Source of the DNA: Bigelowiella natans CCMP2755
Taxonomy: Eukaryota > Protista > Cercozoa
Direction of reading: 5' to 3'
DNA: 64,000 nt
Assembly (NCBI GenBank): GCA_000320545.1
Contig: ADNK01002144.1
Span: forward strand, 26,853 to 90,852
The number at the start of each line of letters is the position of its first letter. Position 1 is the first letter of the stretch. Below the pieces are notes generated by a model that saw only the letters and a program-made list of their open reading frames with translations, had not been told where the DNA came from and ran no database searches. Below are positions 63,665-64,000 of the stretch, piece after piece. A program made the position numbers and the translations under genes.

Positions 63665-64000
63665 CTGGGGTGTGGCGCAGCGAGGAGATCCCTGAAGAAG
63701 GCCTCGGGGCTGATGTCCTTCGCGCTGACCACGAGCACTCGATCGTCGCTGCCCCCACGATGGCCGCCGCCGGCGGCGCTTCGCCGCGGCAGAACATACT
63801 CGCCCCACGATGCCAGCTTGGTCTGCTCGGTGATGGACGATATATTCAGCAGGTCTATGGTCTCGATGACGCTGTCGCAGCTCGTCGGAGACGGAAGGCT
63901 CCCATCACCTTTGGCGTGTGGTTGGGCGCCGCCGCGACGAGAGGCTTTCGTCTCCTCCCCCGCCTCCCTCGCCTCCTCTGCCCCCTCCCCTTCCGCCCCC
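63665..64000 (-). CDS. GC-rich exon of a gene entering from the right edge
   Basis: Open frame ...DSVIETIDLLNISSITEQTKLASWGEYVLPRR...FFRDLLAAPHP ending at a GTAAGC donor near 63664. Confidence 0.5.

Noticed and set aside
1-64000. Autonomous transposon, viral insert, tRNA or rRNA genes
   Set aside because: No RT, integrase, transposase or capsid motifs and no recognisable structural RNA seen by eye; a covariance-model scan was not possible.

Overview
Gene-dense, intron-rich eukaryotic nuclear DNA with many short GT-AG introns and abundant microsatellites. A bipartite signal+transit-like leader on one transporter points to an alga with a secondary plastid, plausibly a chlorarachniophyte (inference). 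I reconstructed about 19 spliced genes by eye, one of them only a decayed candidate, so exon boundaries and some termini are approximate. Recognisable products are an RNI-like LRR protein, an LSD1/KDM1-type demethylase with an SRI-like tail, a stand-alone GAF protein, a DDX60-like Ski2 helicase, an EamA/DMT transporter, an ankyrin/EF-hand protein, an AMT1 ammonium transporter, an LRR + hemolysin-III/PAQR fusion, a hydroxylysine-kinase-like APH, and a PH-domain protein with a 37-aa repeat coiled coil. The most striking signal is architectural. Genes alternate strand almost without exception (head-to-head, then tail-to-tail). The tail-to-tail spacers carry distinctive CATG/TGCA/CTAG-rich tracts, and those I inspected closely are depleted of TpA outside CTA/TAG contexts, including about 690 bp with no TpA at all. 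Four of these spacers also hold a conserved ~80-110 bp element. Together these suggest a possibly undescribed termination-zone system linked to DNA modification and TpA>CpA/TpG mutagenesis. This is a hypothesis and is untested here.
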